DNA of 24,104 bases from a virus. Lineage: Duplodnaviria; Caudoviricetes. The notes under the pieces are model-generated. The model did not search any database. It was not told the DNA's origin and saw only the letters and a program-made list of their open reading frames with translations. Each line of letters begins with the position of its first letter. Positions within the stretch are counted from its first letter, which is position 1. The stretch covers positions 1-24,104 of IMG/VR virus record IMGVR_UViG_3300006120_000094. One strand, written 5' to 3'. Made by a program: the position numbers and the translations under genes. This document shows, piece by piece, positions 1 through 9,129 of the stretch.

Positions 1-1033
1 GATCAAAGTTCTTCAACTTAGACGCATCAAACGGCAATTGATAATTTGTGAGCGCAACTTTTGCCCCCATCACAACCAATTCAGTTGGAAAATTATCCAT
101 CATAAATCCGAAGAAGTTATCTGCCATTGCATCCCAATCTTTGACTTTCTTTTGGTGTGCTGTTTGAAGTTCGTAGCACAAAGATACAGTCAAAGAATAC
201 ATAGCACTAATTTCTTTGATGCTAGAGTTTTTAATTTTGCCTGACAAAATATCTTCTGGCTTAGGCATCTGTTTAGCAACCTTACGATGTGCCATAAATT
301 TAACAGCAAGCCCTTCGCCAATTGCACCTGAAACCAAATCAGTTAATGTGCCTTCGTCTAAATCGTCATCTTTGAGTAATTCTGATACAAAAGACCAGCT
401 ACGGGGTGTAGCAAAAGAACGACTTGCACCACGGGGATCAAAGTCATACAAATCATTTTTAGCAAAGCCTACATAACCGACAACCTGTTCGTGAATTTTG
501 TTGTTAACAGCCCATTCTTGCCAATCTTCAAAATCTGATTTAAGTTCTAAGTGAACAAAACGATTTGCCAACGGAGCAGGCATTCTATAAGTAACAGCCT
601 TGTCAGTTTCTCTGTTACCTGCGGCAACAATACTAACACCTTCTGGCAAAATGTAAGTACCAACACGACGGTTCAAAATCAATTGATATGCCGCCGCCTG
701 TGTAGAAGGAGCCGCAGAGTTCAACTCATCTAAAAACAGAATAGCAGTAGACTCTGGATCTGTAGGCAACTCTGCGGGAGGAGCCCAGGTCATTGTATTG
801 AGTGTACTGTTGTAATAAGGAATACCTTTAATGTCAGTAGGTTCCCACAAACTTAAACGAACATCGATAACTTCTCTATCTTGTTCGTCTCCGATTTGTT
901 TAACAATATCGGATTTACCAATACCGGGAGGACCCCACATAAACACAGGGCGTTTAATTTTAATACATTTACGAAGACTACGTTTAGCTTCATTTGGTGT
1001 AACTGTACGATTTGCGGAAATTTGCTCTGCCAT
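1..1033 (-). CDS. MoxR-like AAA+ ATPase (3' end runs off the window)
   Basis: Absent from the ORF track; translated by hand from ATG at 1033: MAEQISANRTVTPNEAKRSLRKCIKIKRPVFMWGPPGIGKS (Walker A), ILFLDELN (Walker B), AAGN, PLANRF; the same frame reads ...LPFDASKLKNFD at the window edge. Confidence 0.88.
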   Translation of the reverse strand, partial: MAEQISANRTVTPNEAKRSLRKCIKIKRPVFMWGPPGIGKSDIVKQIGDEQDREVIDVRLSLWEPTDIKGIPYYNSTLNTMTWAPPAELPTDPESTAILFLDELNSAAPSTQAAAYQLILNRRVGTYILPEGVSIVAAGNRETDKAVTYRMPAPLANRFVHLELKSDFEDWQEWAVNNKIHEQVVGYVGFAKNDLYDFDPRGASRSFATPRSWSFVSELLKDDDLDEGTLTDLVSGAIGEGLAVKFMAHRKVAKQMPKPEDILSGKIKNSSIKEISAMYSLTVSLCYELQTAHQKKVKDWDAMADNFFGFMMDNFPTELVVMGAKVALTNYQLPFDASKLKNFD

Positions 1034-1092
1034 AACAATCTTTCTTAAAGTGTTTAAAAAATATTGAATACTGTATGCATCAATATGTATAT

Positions 1093-1121
1093 ATTGTACA
1101 CTATAAAACAGTCAGCGTCAA
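1093..1121 (-). promoter_or_regulatory. sigma70-type promoter for the AAA+ ATPase
   Basis: TTGACG (1121-1116), 17 nt spacer, TACAAT (1098-1093), upstream of ATG 1033. Confidence 0.75.
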
Positions 1122-1498
1122 GCAGTTTTGGTACTTTTGTCTTTGGCTATTGTAAATTTTACAATGTTGCCTGAAAACAACACTAGTTGAACTGCCATTT
1201 TTTCTCCAAAAACATAGATGTCTTTGTTGGTAATATACCAAGGACAATCAATAAAATGATCTAACCAAATAATTAATTGGTTGTTATAAACAACTGGTTC
1301 GTCTAATTTAATTTTGTAAAATTTAAGATCGGCTTTTTGAAGAGTATCAAACCCTTGATCACTAAGACGAAGTCCGCCTTTTGATTTGTTTCTTGTACTA
1401 AGAAACAATATTGATTGTAATTTTCTAAGAGATTTCTCGTCCGTTTTTAATCCAAGTGTTTCTGCAATATACTTGGTTAGTTTAGATTTGAGATTCAT
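1118..1498 (-). CDS. hypothetical phage protein (126 aa)
   Basis: Open frame, overlaps the upstream gene by 17 nt, same strand as neighbours. Confidence 0.75.
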   Translation of the reverse strand: MNLKSKLTKYIAETLGLKTDEKSLRKLQSILFLSTRNKSKGGLRLSDQGFDTLQKADLKFYKIKLDEPVVYNNQLIIWLDHFIDCPWYITNKDIYVFGEKMAVQLVLFSGNIVKFTIAKDKSTKTA

Positions 1499-1781
1499 CG
1501 GTTAATTTTTCTCCAACTGTAAGTTTATATACATTGAAGTCTGTGGTATTAAACAATTTGTTTAATTTTTCAGCTAGATTAAATGCGTGACCAGAATTGG
1601 AGAATGAAATTTTCTTGTACTTTGGACCTATATGGTGTGCGACCATACTAGATGTTTTAAGATTAATTGGTTTATCTTGATAGAATACTGCCCAAATAGC
1701 CTCTGCGTCTAAGACCTGCTCTGTTTTATAAGTTTTTTTATTGGTTATTTCTAACAAAACTTTTGGTTTTGGGCGACTCAT
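1482..1781 (-). CDS. hypothetical phage protein (99 aa, MSRPKPKVLLE)
   Basis: Open frame with GGAG Shine-Dalgarno and an upstream GATAAATA motif. Confidence 0.8.
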   Translation of the reverse strand: MSRPKPKVLLEITNKKTYKTEQVLDAEAIWAVFYQDKPINLKTSSMVAHHIGPKYKKISFSNSGHAFNLAEKLNKLFNTTDFNVYKLTVGEKLTDESQI

Positions 1782-1806
1782 TATATATCTCCGTAAAGTA
1801 CATATA

Positions 1807-1814
1807 TATTTATC
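1807..1814 (-). promoter_or_regulatory. putative T4-like late promoter (GATAAATA)
   Basis: Intergenic; close to the T4 late consensus TATAAATA; the TAAATA core recurs before other genes in the window. Confidence 0.5.
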
Positions 1815-1824
1815 ACAAAATCAC

Positions 1825-2049
1825 CTAAAAACTTCCACCGTCCATTTTGATAGATATAGGATCAGCTGATGCTGTAGTTGAAACAATTTGATCTAAATCA
1901 CCAGCTAATCTGGTCATAACAACACTTAAACTATTTTGAAGATCTGTGGCTTCTTTAATAGTCAAAGTTACAGTTTTTTGATTACTCTTAATGGCAACAC
2001 GAGTACGATCTAAAAAATCTTCAATTGGAATGGTGTTAAGGTTCTTCAT
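1825..2049 (-). CDS. hypothetical protein (74 aa)
   Basis: Open frame with ATGA overlap to the upstream gene. Confidence 0.75.
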   Translation of the reverse strand: MKNLNTIPIEDFLDRTRVAIKSNQKTVTLTIKEATDLQNSLSVVMTRLAGDLDQIVSTTASADPISIKMDGGSF

Positions 2050-2522
2050 TCTTTATTTAACTGGTTTAATACTTTTTTCATTTCCTGTGCTGTGCGGAAT
2101 GGTCCTTGAAATGGATTACGTTCTAATGTAATTAATTTTGGACAGAAACTTTTAAGCCATCCTTTTTTAAATTTTATAACATAATATCCTGCACAATATT
2201 GACTTTTACTTTTTGCACTTTTGGCAAATAATGGTAATTTCCTACGAACATCATATACGGGTTCGTAAGGATGAGTACGGCAAGGATAATCGTATACAGA
2301 ATGCCCATTGGTTTCGCTATTTTCTTTTTTATATTTTTCTTCAACTACATCGATACCAAATTGAGTATTAATTTCTGTTAAATCTTTGAAAGGCACAGTT
2401 TGTCCATTTTTTAAAAAAACATAACCTTTTTTAGATTTAGCAATAGATCCAATTTTTTTAGGACCATCTTTTACCAACCATTCTTTATTCGGAATCAATA
2501 CTTTTGCATTTGCTATCATCAT
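2046..2522 (-). CDS. hypothetical protein (158 aa)
   Basis: Open frame with ATGA overlap to the RNase H gene; the second ATG (2519) is an alternative start. Confidence 0.78.
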   Translation of the reverse strand: MMIANAKVLIPNKEWLVKDGPKKIGSIAKSKKGYVFLKNGQTVPFKDLTEINTQFGIDVVEEKYKKENSETNGHSVYDYPCRTHPYEPVYDVRRKLPLFAKSAKSKSQYCAGYYVIKFKKGWLKSFCPKLITLERNPFQGPFRTAQEMKKVLNQLNKE

Positions 2523-3508
2523 ATATACCTTGCGTTTAATGGTTCTGCATAACTTTGAACCTGCTCACTTACTTTTTGTAGATCGTATTCTGCACAAAAT
2601 TTTAATAATCTAATACCAACTTGCGGAACATTTTTTTCTGCTGTGATCGCAGATTGTACGGTATCTTTGATTAATAATTTAATATCGTTTGGTTGTGCTG
2701 TTAGATCACACAAATTAACATTTCTCATATAATCATCTAGCACACGATGCTCTACTCCTTCGTGGTCTACCCACTTTTGGAGCATGAGATTGTTCCACGA
2801 ATATCCTTTAGACGCCCTGTCAGCATACGCTTCACGGAGACCAACTTTATTTTTTGTCCCTTTCTCACGTACTCCTGGATAAGCACTAAAGATATTGTCG
2901 GAGGTGTCTCCACGCATACACTTCTCAAATAGCAACCAGGCCGGATCCGGCGCGGGCTTTTCTTGTTTAGTTTTCTTATCAATGACACGTTTACCTTTTT
3001 CATCAAAGTACCCCTCGTGTGTAGTTGTAATTTGCATCACACCATTATATTGTCGAACGTTTGGTGCAATAAGTTGTGCAAAGTCTCCGTCTGTCGAAAT
3101 TATCACGTGATTATCGTTGGGATGACTTTGTATCCATCCAGCAATCAAATCGTCTGCTTCTAACTGCTGATGCTGAAGTACCGTACAATTAGTTTTATTG
3201 GTAATGAAATCTTTGAACTGATCAAAGGTTTCCCAAAATACACGATCTTCTTCTTGCTCACGAGGACTTGCCGCGGCACGAGCATCTGTACGTTGACGTT
3301 TGTAAGGAGCATAGTAATCCTTACGCCAGCTACGTCCCTCTAAACAAAAGACAACGTGGTCACCTTTAAAGTCTTTCCACGCTTTTCGGACACTGCCTAA
3401 TACTGTATGGATACTCATTCCGACTTTATCATTAAGATCTCCTCTAATAACGTGTCGGGCTCTAAAAAATGTATTTGCTGTATCTACCAGTATATATGTT
3501 TTTGACAT
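2519..3508 (-). CDS. rnh: T4 RNase H-like 5'-3' exonuclease / flap endonuclease
   Basis: FEN/PIN acidic motifs ILVD, SWRK..Y..YK..R, LEADDLIA, IISTDGDF.QL and GDTSDNI (H3TH). Confidence 0.88.
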   Translation of the reverse strand: MSKTYILVDTANTFFRARHVIRGDLNDKVGMSIHTVLGSVRKAWKDFKGDHVVFCLEGRSWRKDYYAPYKRQRTDARAAASPREQEEDRVFWETFDQFKDFITNKTNCTVLQHQQLEADDLIAGWIQSHPNDNHVIISTDGDFAQLIAPNVRQYNGVMQITTTHEGYFDEKGKRVIDKKTKQEKPAPDPAWLLFEKCMRGDTSDNIFSAYPGVREKGTKNKVGLREAYADRASKGYSWNNLMLQKWVDHEGVEHRVLDDYMRNVNLCDLTAQPNDIKLLIKDTVQSAITAEKNVPQVGIRLLKFCAEYDLQKVSEQVQSYAEPLNARYI

Positions 3509-3933
3509 TAACTAACTTCCGTTCTTCCATCTTCACGCAACGCACGGTTAACGTAACCGGCACCTCTACGACTCATATCAACGCCTTCTTCGGCACCAAC
3601 ATTTCGGCATAGTTCGGAAAACCATTGGTCCACAATTTCTTCATCTGTTTCTCCAACGTATCCGTTACTACGTAATTGTAACACAAAATAGTCATTCCAG
3701 TCAAGTTCAAAAAATCCGTTACGAATATTATCCTTGTTGACGTGTGTATCCAAAACAGCTACCCAGGGCTCTTTCCGCTCAGTAGCAATTTCTTTTGGAC
3801 TTAACCCAGCAAGTCTAGCGGCTTCTTTGGCTTCTTCGGCAGTTTTAATAAACAATTCTGCCTCGGCTTTTGCTTGTTCTTTTTCGGCTTCAATTTTATC
3901 AATACCGAATAATTTTTTAATAATATTTTTCAT
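3508..3933 (-). CDS. hypothetical protein (141 aa; start taken at MKNIIKK)
   Basis: TAATG overlaps at both ends (with the queE stop and the rnh start) favour ATG 3933 over 3945. Confidence 0.78.
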   Translation of the reverse strand: MKNIIKKLFGIDKIEAEKEQAKAEAELFIKTAEEAKEAARLAGLSPKEIATERKEPWVAVLDTHVNKDNIRNGFFELDWNDYFVLQLRSNGYVGETDEEIVDQWFSELCRNVGAEEGVDMSRRGAGYVNRALREDGRTEVS

Positions 3934-4772
3934 TATGTACCCCACTCATTCTTGAACAGTGGTACCTGTAGTCGATCACTGTAACGCCATCCACGTTTCA
4001 TTGCCGCTAGTGCCACATTCTTTGCGTTTAATGTGTAAACATTTTCCACACCGCCTACTGGCATTAGATAAACGTGTCCTTTAAATCCTGCCGCACGATA
4101 TGCACCAACTGCACATTCTGCATCTGCGATATCTTGTTCTGTTGCTACTACAAACTTAAGATAGGCAGTTCCAACTTCTTCATATTCGCAAACTACTTCA
4201 GGCTTAATAGCATCATCCCAACTCTCACCACTGCAAGGTAATTTAGCACTTACACTAAATGTGATTTCTCTAAAGTTACTCCAACGACTTAGATATTCTT
4301 TAAACTCTGGAGTTAGTTTTTGAGTGCCATTTGTTTCAAATGTAAGTTCTTTAAGACTTTGCATTTTAGGATGATCTAATAATTCAGCATAACTACGTTG
4401 CCAACCTAACAATGGTTCGCCCCCTGTAATTACGAGATGTTCGTCTTGCCATTCTTTGTAAGGAAGTATATCCACAATCGAAGAGGCAATGCTATCAACA
4501 GACAATAAAGGAGAAAGATGCTTAAACCTAGGATCCCAAGAAGCATAGCTATCGCACCCTGTAGATACAAGAGGCAATTCTTTATAATTATTGTAGTGAT
4601 ATACCACTTGTGCAATGTCGTCAGCTTCAGTACTGAGTTCGCCACGTGGCATACCAAAGCCCCTGCAAGAAAAATTGCAGCCAAAAGTTCTAAGGAACAC
4701 GCTAGGTACTCCCATATATCTACCCTCGCCCTGTATAGAGTAGAAAAGTTCCGCTATCTTAATCTTTGACAT
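3933..4772 (-). CDS. queE: 7-carboxy-7-deazaguanine synthase QueE-like radical SAM enzyme (279 aa)
   Basis: ELFYSIQGEG, PSVFLRTFGCN, ITGGEPLL, FETNGT, SVSAKL, LKFVV, YLMP, SDRLQ. Start moved to ATG 4772, which has an AAGGA SD and a promoter upstream. Confidence 0.88.
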   Translation of the reverse strand: MSKIKIAELFYSIQGEGRYMGVPSVFLRTFGCNFSCRGFGMPRGELSTEADDIAQVVYHYNNYKELPLVSTGCDSYASWDPRFKHLSPLLSVDSIASSIVDILPYKEWQDEHLVITGGEPLLGWQRSYAELLDHPKMQSLKELTFETNGTQKLTPEFKEYLSRWSNFREITFSVSAKLPCSGESWDDAIKPEVVCEYEEVGTAYLKFVVATEQDIADAECAVGAYRAAGFKGHVYLMPVGGVENVYTLNAKNVALAAMKRGWRYSDRLQVPLFKNEWGT

Positions 4773-4793
4773 TTGTATCCTTTCAATGAGTTT

Positions 4794-4822
4794 ATTATAA
4801 ACATATTTTTTTAACAAGTCAA
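4794..4822 (-). promoter_or_regulatory. near-consensus sigma70 promoter for queE
   Basis: TTGACT (4822-4817), 17 nt spacer, TATAAT (4799-4794). Confidence 0.85.
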
Positions 4823-4827
4823 CAGAT

Positions 4828-5223
4828 TTAATCTTGTTTATATGTTGAACTTTTATAATTACCTTTACCTGGAATTGTATTACGAACACCACCGATTGGA
4901 TCTTCGACATCACCTTTTCTACGAGGAATAAGATGAATGTGTGGCCAGTTTACAGTTTGTCCTGCGGCTTCGCCATAATTAAATCCAATGTTAAAACCGT
5001 CCCATTCACCGTTTTTAACTTTGGTGTTTCCATATCTAAATGCGTCGCTGAACGCTTCATTGAGGATAGACGTGTTATTATATTTAGGAACAAATAATAA
5101 ATGACCGGGTGTACAAGGATATTTGTCTCTATATACAATTACATGAAAATCATCCCGCTCAATGTCTGTCCAAGGAGCAGAACTATCTTCAATATGATCT
5201 GGGCCTGTGAATATTGCATCCAT
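4828..5223 (-). CDS. HIT-family nucleotide hydrolase
   Basis: DKYPCTPGHLLFVPK, GFNIGFNYGEAAGQTV and PHIHLIPRRKGD; the first His of the triad is Trp. Confidence 0.88.
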   Translation of the reverse strand: MDAIFTGPDHIEDSSAPWTDIERDDFHVIVYRDKYPCTPGHLLFVPKYNNTSILNEAFSDAFRYGNTKVKNGEWDGFNIGFNYGEAAGQTVNWPHIHLIPRRKGDVEDPIGGVRNTIPGKGNYKSSTYKQD

Positions 5224-5401
5224 TTATAATCTCGCTAAATCTTTGTAAAAATGCATTTACATAACAACTGTATTTTTGATTGCTATCTTTATTGGTATAA
5301 TATACCCAAGTATGTTTACCAATTTTTTCAACATTATCAACAAGAAATAATTTTCCGTCAATAGAGGACCATTTAGATCCTATAGTTGGTAATTTATTCA
5401 T
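5189..5401 (-). CDS. hypothetical protein (70 aa, MNKLPTIGSKW...)
   Basis: 3' part of track ORF 5189..5683; ATG 5401 overlaps the stop of the 167 aa gene and fills the gap to the HIT gene. Confidence 0.6.
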   Translation of the reverse strand: MNKLPTIGSKWSSIDGKLFLVDNVEKIGKHTWVYYTNKDSNQKYSCYVNAFLQRFSEIINGCNIHRPRSY

Positions 5402-5897
5402 CTTTAAAATCCACAACATTACCATCATCATCTGCACAGATAATACGTACAGTTTCACCGTCTTCATTTTTAATTTCGATTGGCCCCCAAATCCACCATT
5501 CAGTGTCACCTTGATACCAAGAATCTTCTTCACGTTCTTCCAATTCATAAGGACTATTTTCATCAAGAAATTCGCGGATTTCTTCTTCGGCATTATCGTC
5601 GAGTCCTTCGATTTCAACATCATACCAACACCCGCCATCGAACATTTCAACAAGCTCGCAATTTTCAATATTGTTAACTTCACAGTCTAACATATTGATG
5701 CTATCTTTCTTACCATCGCCGCCGGGAACTTCTACAAATTCAAATTCTGGAGGATTGTTATCTGTTGTTTCTACAGTCCACTCACCATAACGGAAACCGT
5801 TAGTGACTGTAACCTTACCATCTTTCCCCCGCTGATGATATGTTTCAACTTCTTGACAAGATTTTTTATAATATGTGCTAACGGTCCAAATTGACAT
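5394..5897 (-). CDS. hypothetical acidic protein (167 aa)
   Basis: Open frame, very Asp/Glu-rich, 2 nt after the upstream stop. Confidence 0.8.
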   Translation of the reverse strand: MSIWTVSTYYKKSCQEVETYHQRGKDGKVTVTNGFRYGEWTVETTDNNPPEFEFVEVPGGDGKKDSINMLDCEVNNIENCELVEMFDGGCWYDVEIEGLDDNAEEEIREFLDENSPYELEEREEDSWYQGDTEWWIWGPIEIKNEDGETVRIICADDDGNVVDFKDE

Positions 5898-5899
5898 GA

Positions 5900-6091
5900 T
5901 TAATCATCCTTTTCCATATCAAGTGCTTCGTTAATAACTTCAAATAGTTCTTCACGTGTGCTACACATAATCTTAGCAGTCTTCCAATCATTTTCATCAT
6001 CGCGACCACTTACTTCAATCATAAATCCATTATCATAACGATTAATAGTAAATGATTCGTTTACTTTAGAGAGTTTATTTAGGTATGTCAT
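5900..6091 (-). CDS. hypothetical protein (63 aa)
   Basis: Open frame with AAGGA SD. Confidence 0.75.
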   Translation of the reverse strand: MTYLNKLSKVNESFTINRYDNGFMIEVSGRDDENDWKTAKIMCSTREELFEVINEALDMEKDD

Positions 6092-6107
6092 TTTATTTCC
6101 TTTATGT

Positions 6108-8147
6108 TTAAAAACGTTTTGTTAAAACTGCGCCAACTACTGTATCTGATGCACCTTCAACACCTTGATAATTGTTTCTATATTCTAAGAAACCAATTAA
6201 ATTTACAGATTTTTTATCATTCATTTTGAAATACAATCCTGTTCTGCGTTCGTGTACATCAGCAGATAAGTTGGCTGTACTATTTTGGATAACATTGAAG
6301 TTACTATCTAATCCTACAGGCGCAGTAATATTTGCTTTTGCATAATATACACTTACTGGTTGATAAGTCATTACTCCAATAGAACTTTGTTCAGATAATT
6401 TTTGTTCAATACCTAGTGACCAAGAATAACTAAACACCGGACCGATGTTACTTATATTATCACTAGCGGCTTTGGTCAGTGTAACACCATTCATAAAATT
6501 ACCGTAAACCTTATGTTTAGCATCTAAATTATGTTCGACACCTGCACCCATAAATTGTGTAACACTAGCATTATTGGTACTATTGACATTGATAAAACTA
6601 CTCACACTATTGCCTAACCAAGAATTATTTTCTGCCAACACACCCCAATTAAATTTAAAGTCAGCAAAGTCTGTTTTCTTAACTTTGCTAAATTCAACCA
6701 TGACAGGACTATTTTTTGGCATTACAGGATTATTTTCAACATACATTGTCATTGTTGATTCGCCTGTTTTAACAGTTATATAATCTGTATAATTGTTAAA
6801 CAACGCATATGTATTACCGGTTGCATATGGCATTGCAGCCTGCTTAACATTAAATTCTGTATGAGGCACCTGATAACCAGTCATTGATTTACTGTTTACA
6901 TAGAAGTCTCTTTGAAAACTATCAACTACCATTAAAGAACTAACTTTGGCTGTACTGGCACTACCACCAGTTAATAAAATTGGTTGAATGCTAGTAACAG
7001 AAGGTCCAATAAGTCTTCCTGTTGTAGGAATACCCAATGTTCCAACAGGACGAGTAGCTTTATCTAAATCTAGCAATCCTTGTCCATCTACGTATTGATT
7101 ATAATTCGGTATATTTTTATTGGCAGTTAATAACAGCAATGATGCAATATTAGACCCTGTCATTTGTGGCCATTCTTGATGAATGATTGCTACAGCACCA
7201 CTGATCACAGGAGCTGCCATTGATGTACCAGTCATACTGGCTAATCCTGTACTATTAATTGAAGTAGGAACAGTTGATGTAATGCTTGTTCCTGGTGCCA
7301 ACAAGTAAAATTGCCAGGCCTGATATTTGTCTTTGCAAACACCGCCGACTACAGTTTGACACAATGTTGCGGCACCATTACTTGATGGCCCTAATCCTGT
7401 GTTAGTCTGTTCATTCCAGTTACCAGCAATGATAACTCGTCCTCCGAGAATTAATTTACCTGTAGAATCAGTGGCAGTTGCAATTTGCGTAATACCGCCA
7501 TTCCACGCAGTTGAATCATTGCCTGCGGCCACAACAAGAACAGTATTTGTTCCTAGAGCAGAGGCCCATTGACTAGCATTAACACTTCCAGGTAATGTGC
7601 CTGTGTTTGTATAAACAGTACTATAAACTCCAGGTGAAATTAATTTGGCCTGCAATGCCTGTTGACTTAGTGTGAAATTACTTGACAAATTAATAACATC
7701 TGCATTATTTGCACTGGCCCATTGTACACCTTGTAACATTGTTGTTGATAATACAATTCCTGTTGTTGTAATTTTACCAATTAGCAAACTGGCATTAAAT
7801 GCAACACCTTCTATTCCTAATCCATTATCTGCCGCGGCTGCGATACCTGCAACGTGAGTACCGTGTCCTATGGTATCTGCAATAGATCCGCTACTTGTAA
7901 AATCTTGTGTTTTAAGAATTTTACCATTTTGGAAATCTACATTTTTAGTGTCAATACCGGAATCTAAAATAGCAATAATACTGCCTTTACCGGTATATCC
8001 TCTAGAATATGCAATATCTGCATTGATAACATTCAGTGTACGACTTCGGTTATATTCGGTTGTGTCCCAAATAGCAGTAGATACACTTTGTGAATGTGCT
8101 GTAGACCAAATTACTGCTAAACTAGCTATTAATACTCGAAGTTTCAT
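6108..8147 (-). CDS. secreted S8 subtilisin-like serine protease with probable C-terminal beta-barrel (autotransporter-like)
   Basis: Signal peptide MKLRVLIASLAVIWSTAHS; triad ILDSG, HGTHVAG, GTSMAAP; oxyanion AAGN; amphipathic-strand C-terminus ending in Phe (AVLTKRF). Confidence 0.88.
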   Translation of the reverse strand: MKLRVLIASLAVIWSTAHSQSVSTAIWDTTEYNRSRTLNVINADIAYSRGYTGKGSIIAILDSGIDTKNVDFQNGKILKTQDFTSSGSIADTIGHGTHVAGIAAAADNGLGIEGVAFNASLLIGKITTTGIVLSTTMLQGVQWASANNADVINLSSNFTLSQQALQAKLISPGVYSTVYTNTGTLPGSVNASQWASALGTNTVLVVAAGNDSTAWNGGITQIATATDSTGKLILGGRVIIAGNWNEQTNTGLGPSSNGAATLCQTVVGGVCKDKYQAWQFYLLAPGTSITSTVPTSINSTGLASMTGTSMAAPVISGAVAIIHQEWPQMTGSNIASLLLLTANKNIPNYNQYVDGQGLLDLDKATRPVGTLGIPTTGRLIGPSVTSIQPILLTGGSASTAKVSSLMVVDSFQRDFYVNSKSMTGYQVPHTEFNVKQAAMPYATGNTYALFNNYTDYITVKTGESTMTMYVENNPVMPKNSPVMVEFSKVKKTDFADFKFNWGVLAENNSWLGNSVSSFINVNSTNNASVTQFMGAGVEHNLDAKHKVYGNFMNGVTLTKAASDNISNIGPVFSYSWSLGIEQKLSEQSSIGVMTYQPVSVYYAKANITAPVGLDSNFNVIQNSTANLSADVHERRTGLYFKMNDKKSVNLIGFLEYRNNYQGVEGASDTVVGAVLTKRF

Positions 8148-9129
8148 ATAGACCTTTCATCCAATTGTAAGTGGTTTCGACAATAGTTTTTAAACTACTG
8201 TATTTTGGTTCCCACTTAGTGTTGTTAATAAAAAGATTAGGATTAGCAATTAATTGATTTGGATCACCGGCTCTAATTGGACCATATACAATTTGTATGT
8301 CTTTTTGGATAACCTGTTCTACCATTTTTACAATTTCAAGATTGCTAAATCCTGCCCCTGTACCTATATTATACGCTTGAAAGGTATGATTGTCAAGTGT
8401 TTCCAAAAATTCAACAGCCATTAAATGTGCATTGGCTATATCCGAAACGTGTATGTAATCTCGTATACAAGTCCCATCTGGAGTTTGGAAATCTTTTCCA
8501 TTTAGTGTAAATCTAGAATTTTCTAAAACACTTTGGATAATTTTAGGTATAAGATGAGTGTCGTTTTTTACACACCCTAATTTACCATTTTGGTCACATC
8601 CGCTAGCATTAAAATACCTTAATGCTATTCCTTTAAATCCGTGAGCACGGCAATGATCTTCGATAATATGTTCACACATTAATTTACTTCGACCATATGG
8701 ACTAACAGGATCTTTTGGATAGTCTTCATTCCAAGAAGATACCGAATCGTTATTTCCGTATACTGCCGCACTACTACTAAAAACAATACTACCTTTCCAA
8801 TTTATTTTAGAAAGTTGTTCTAGCATACTGTTTGTTTTAAAAGAGTTGTTATTATAGTATTCGCCGGGATTTAATATACTTGGCCCTACTAGACTTGTAC
8901 CTGCTATATGTATAATCGTATCGACATTGTTATTACTTACAATAACAGATACAATATTAACAAAATCTGCAATAAGTAATTGATCAACGTAATTGGCACC
9001 TTCGTTCATTGTCCATTCCCGATCAATGCCAATTACATTATATCCGGCTTCTTTAAAAGTTTTAGCGGTGTGACTACCGATAAAACCTAATACACCGGTA
9101 ACAATAACAGTTTTAGTATTTTGATTCAC
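8122..9129 (-). CDS. galE: UDP-glucose 4-epimerase-like NAD-dependent epimerase
   Basis: TGVLGFIGSH (Rossmann), FSSSAAVYG, SPYGRSK (YxxxK), LRYFNASG, DGTCIRDYIHV.DIA.AH, YNIGTG.G.S, R.GDP. Confidence 0.9.
   Translation of the reverse strand: MNQNTKTVIVTGVLGFIGSHTAKTFKEAGYNVIGIDREWTMNEGANYVDQLLIADFVNIVSVIVSNNNVDTIIHIAGTSLVGPSILNPGEYYNNNSFKTNSMLEQLSKINWKGSIVFSSSAAVYGNNDSVSSWNEDYPKDPVSPYGRSKLMCEHIIEDHCRAHGFKGIALRYFNASGCDQNGKLGCVKNDTHLIPKIIQSVLENSRFTLNGKDFQTPDGTCIRDYIHVSDIANAHLMAVEFLETLDNHTFQAYNIGTGAGFSNLEIVKMVEQVIQKDIQIVYGPIRAGDPNQLIANPNLFINNTKWEPKYSSLKTIVETTYNWMKGLYETSSINS

Noticed and set aside
853-1038. 61 aa minus-strand ORF
   Set aside because: Out-of-frame shadow of the AAA+ ATPase starting at 1033.
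4773-4913. 47 aa N-terminal extension of QueE in the ORF track
   Set aside because: It overlaps the HIT gene and spans the promoter and SD for ATG 4772.
5402-5683. N-terminal half of track ORF 5189..5683 as an overlapping gene
   Set aside because: Alternate frame inside the 167 aa gene; ATG 5401 gives ordinary coupling.
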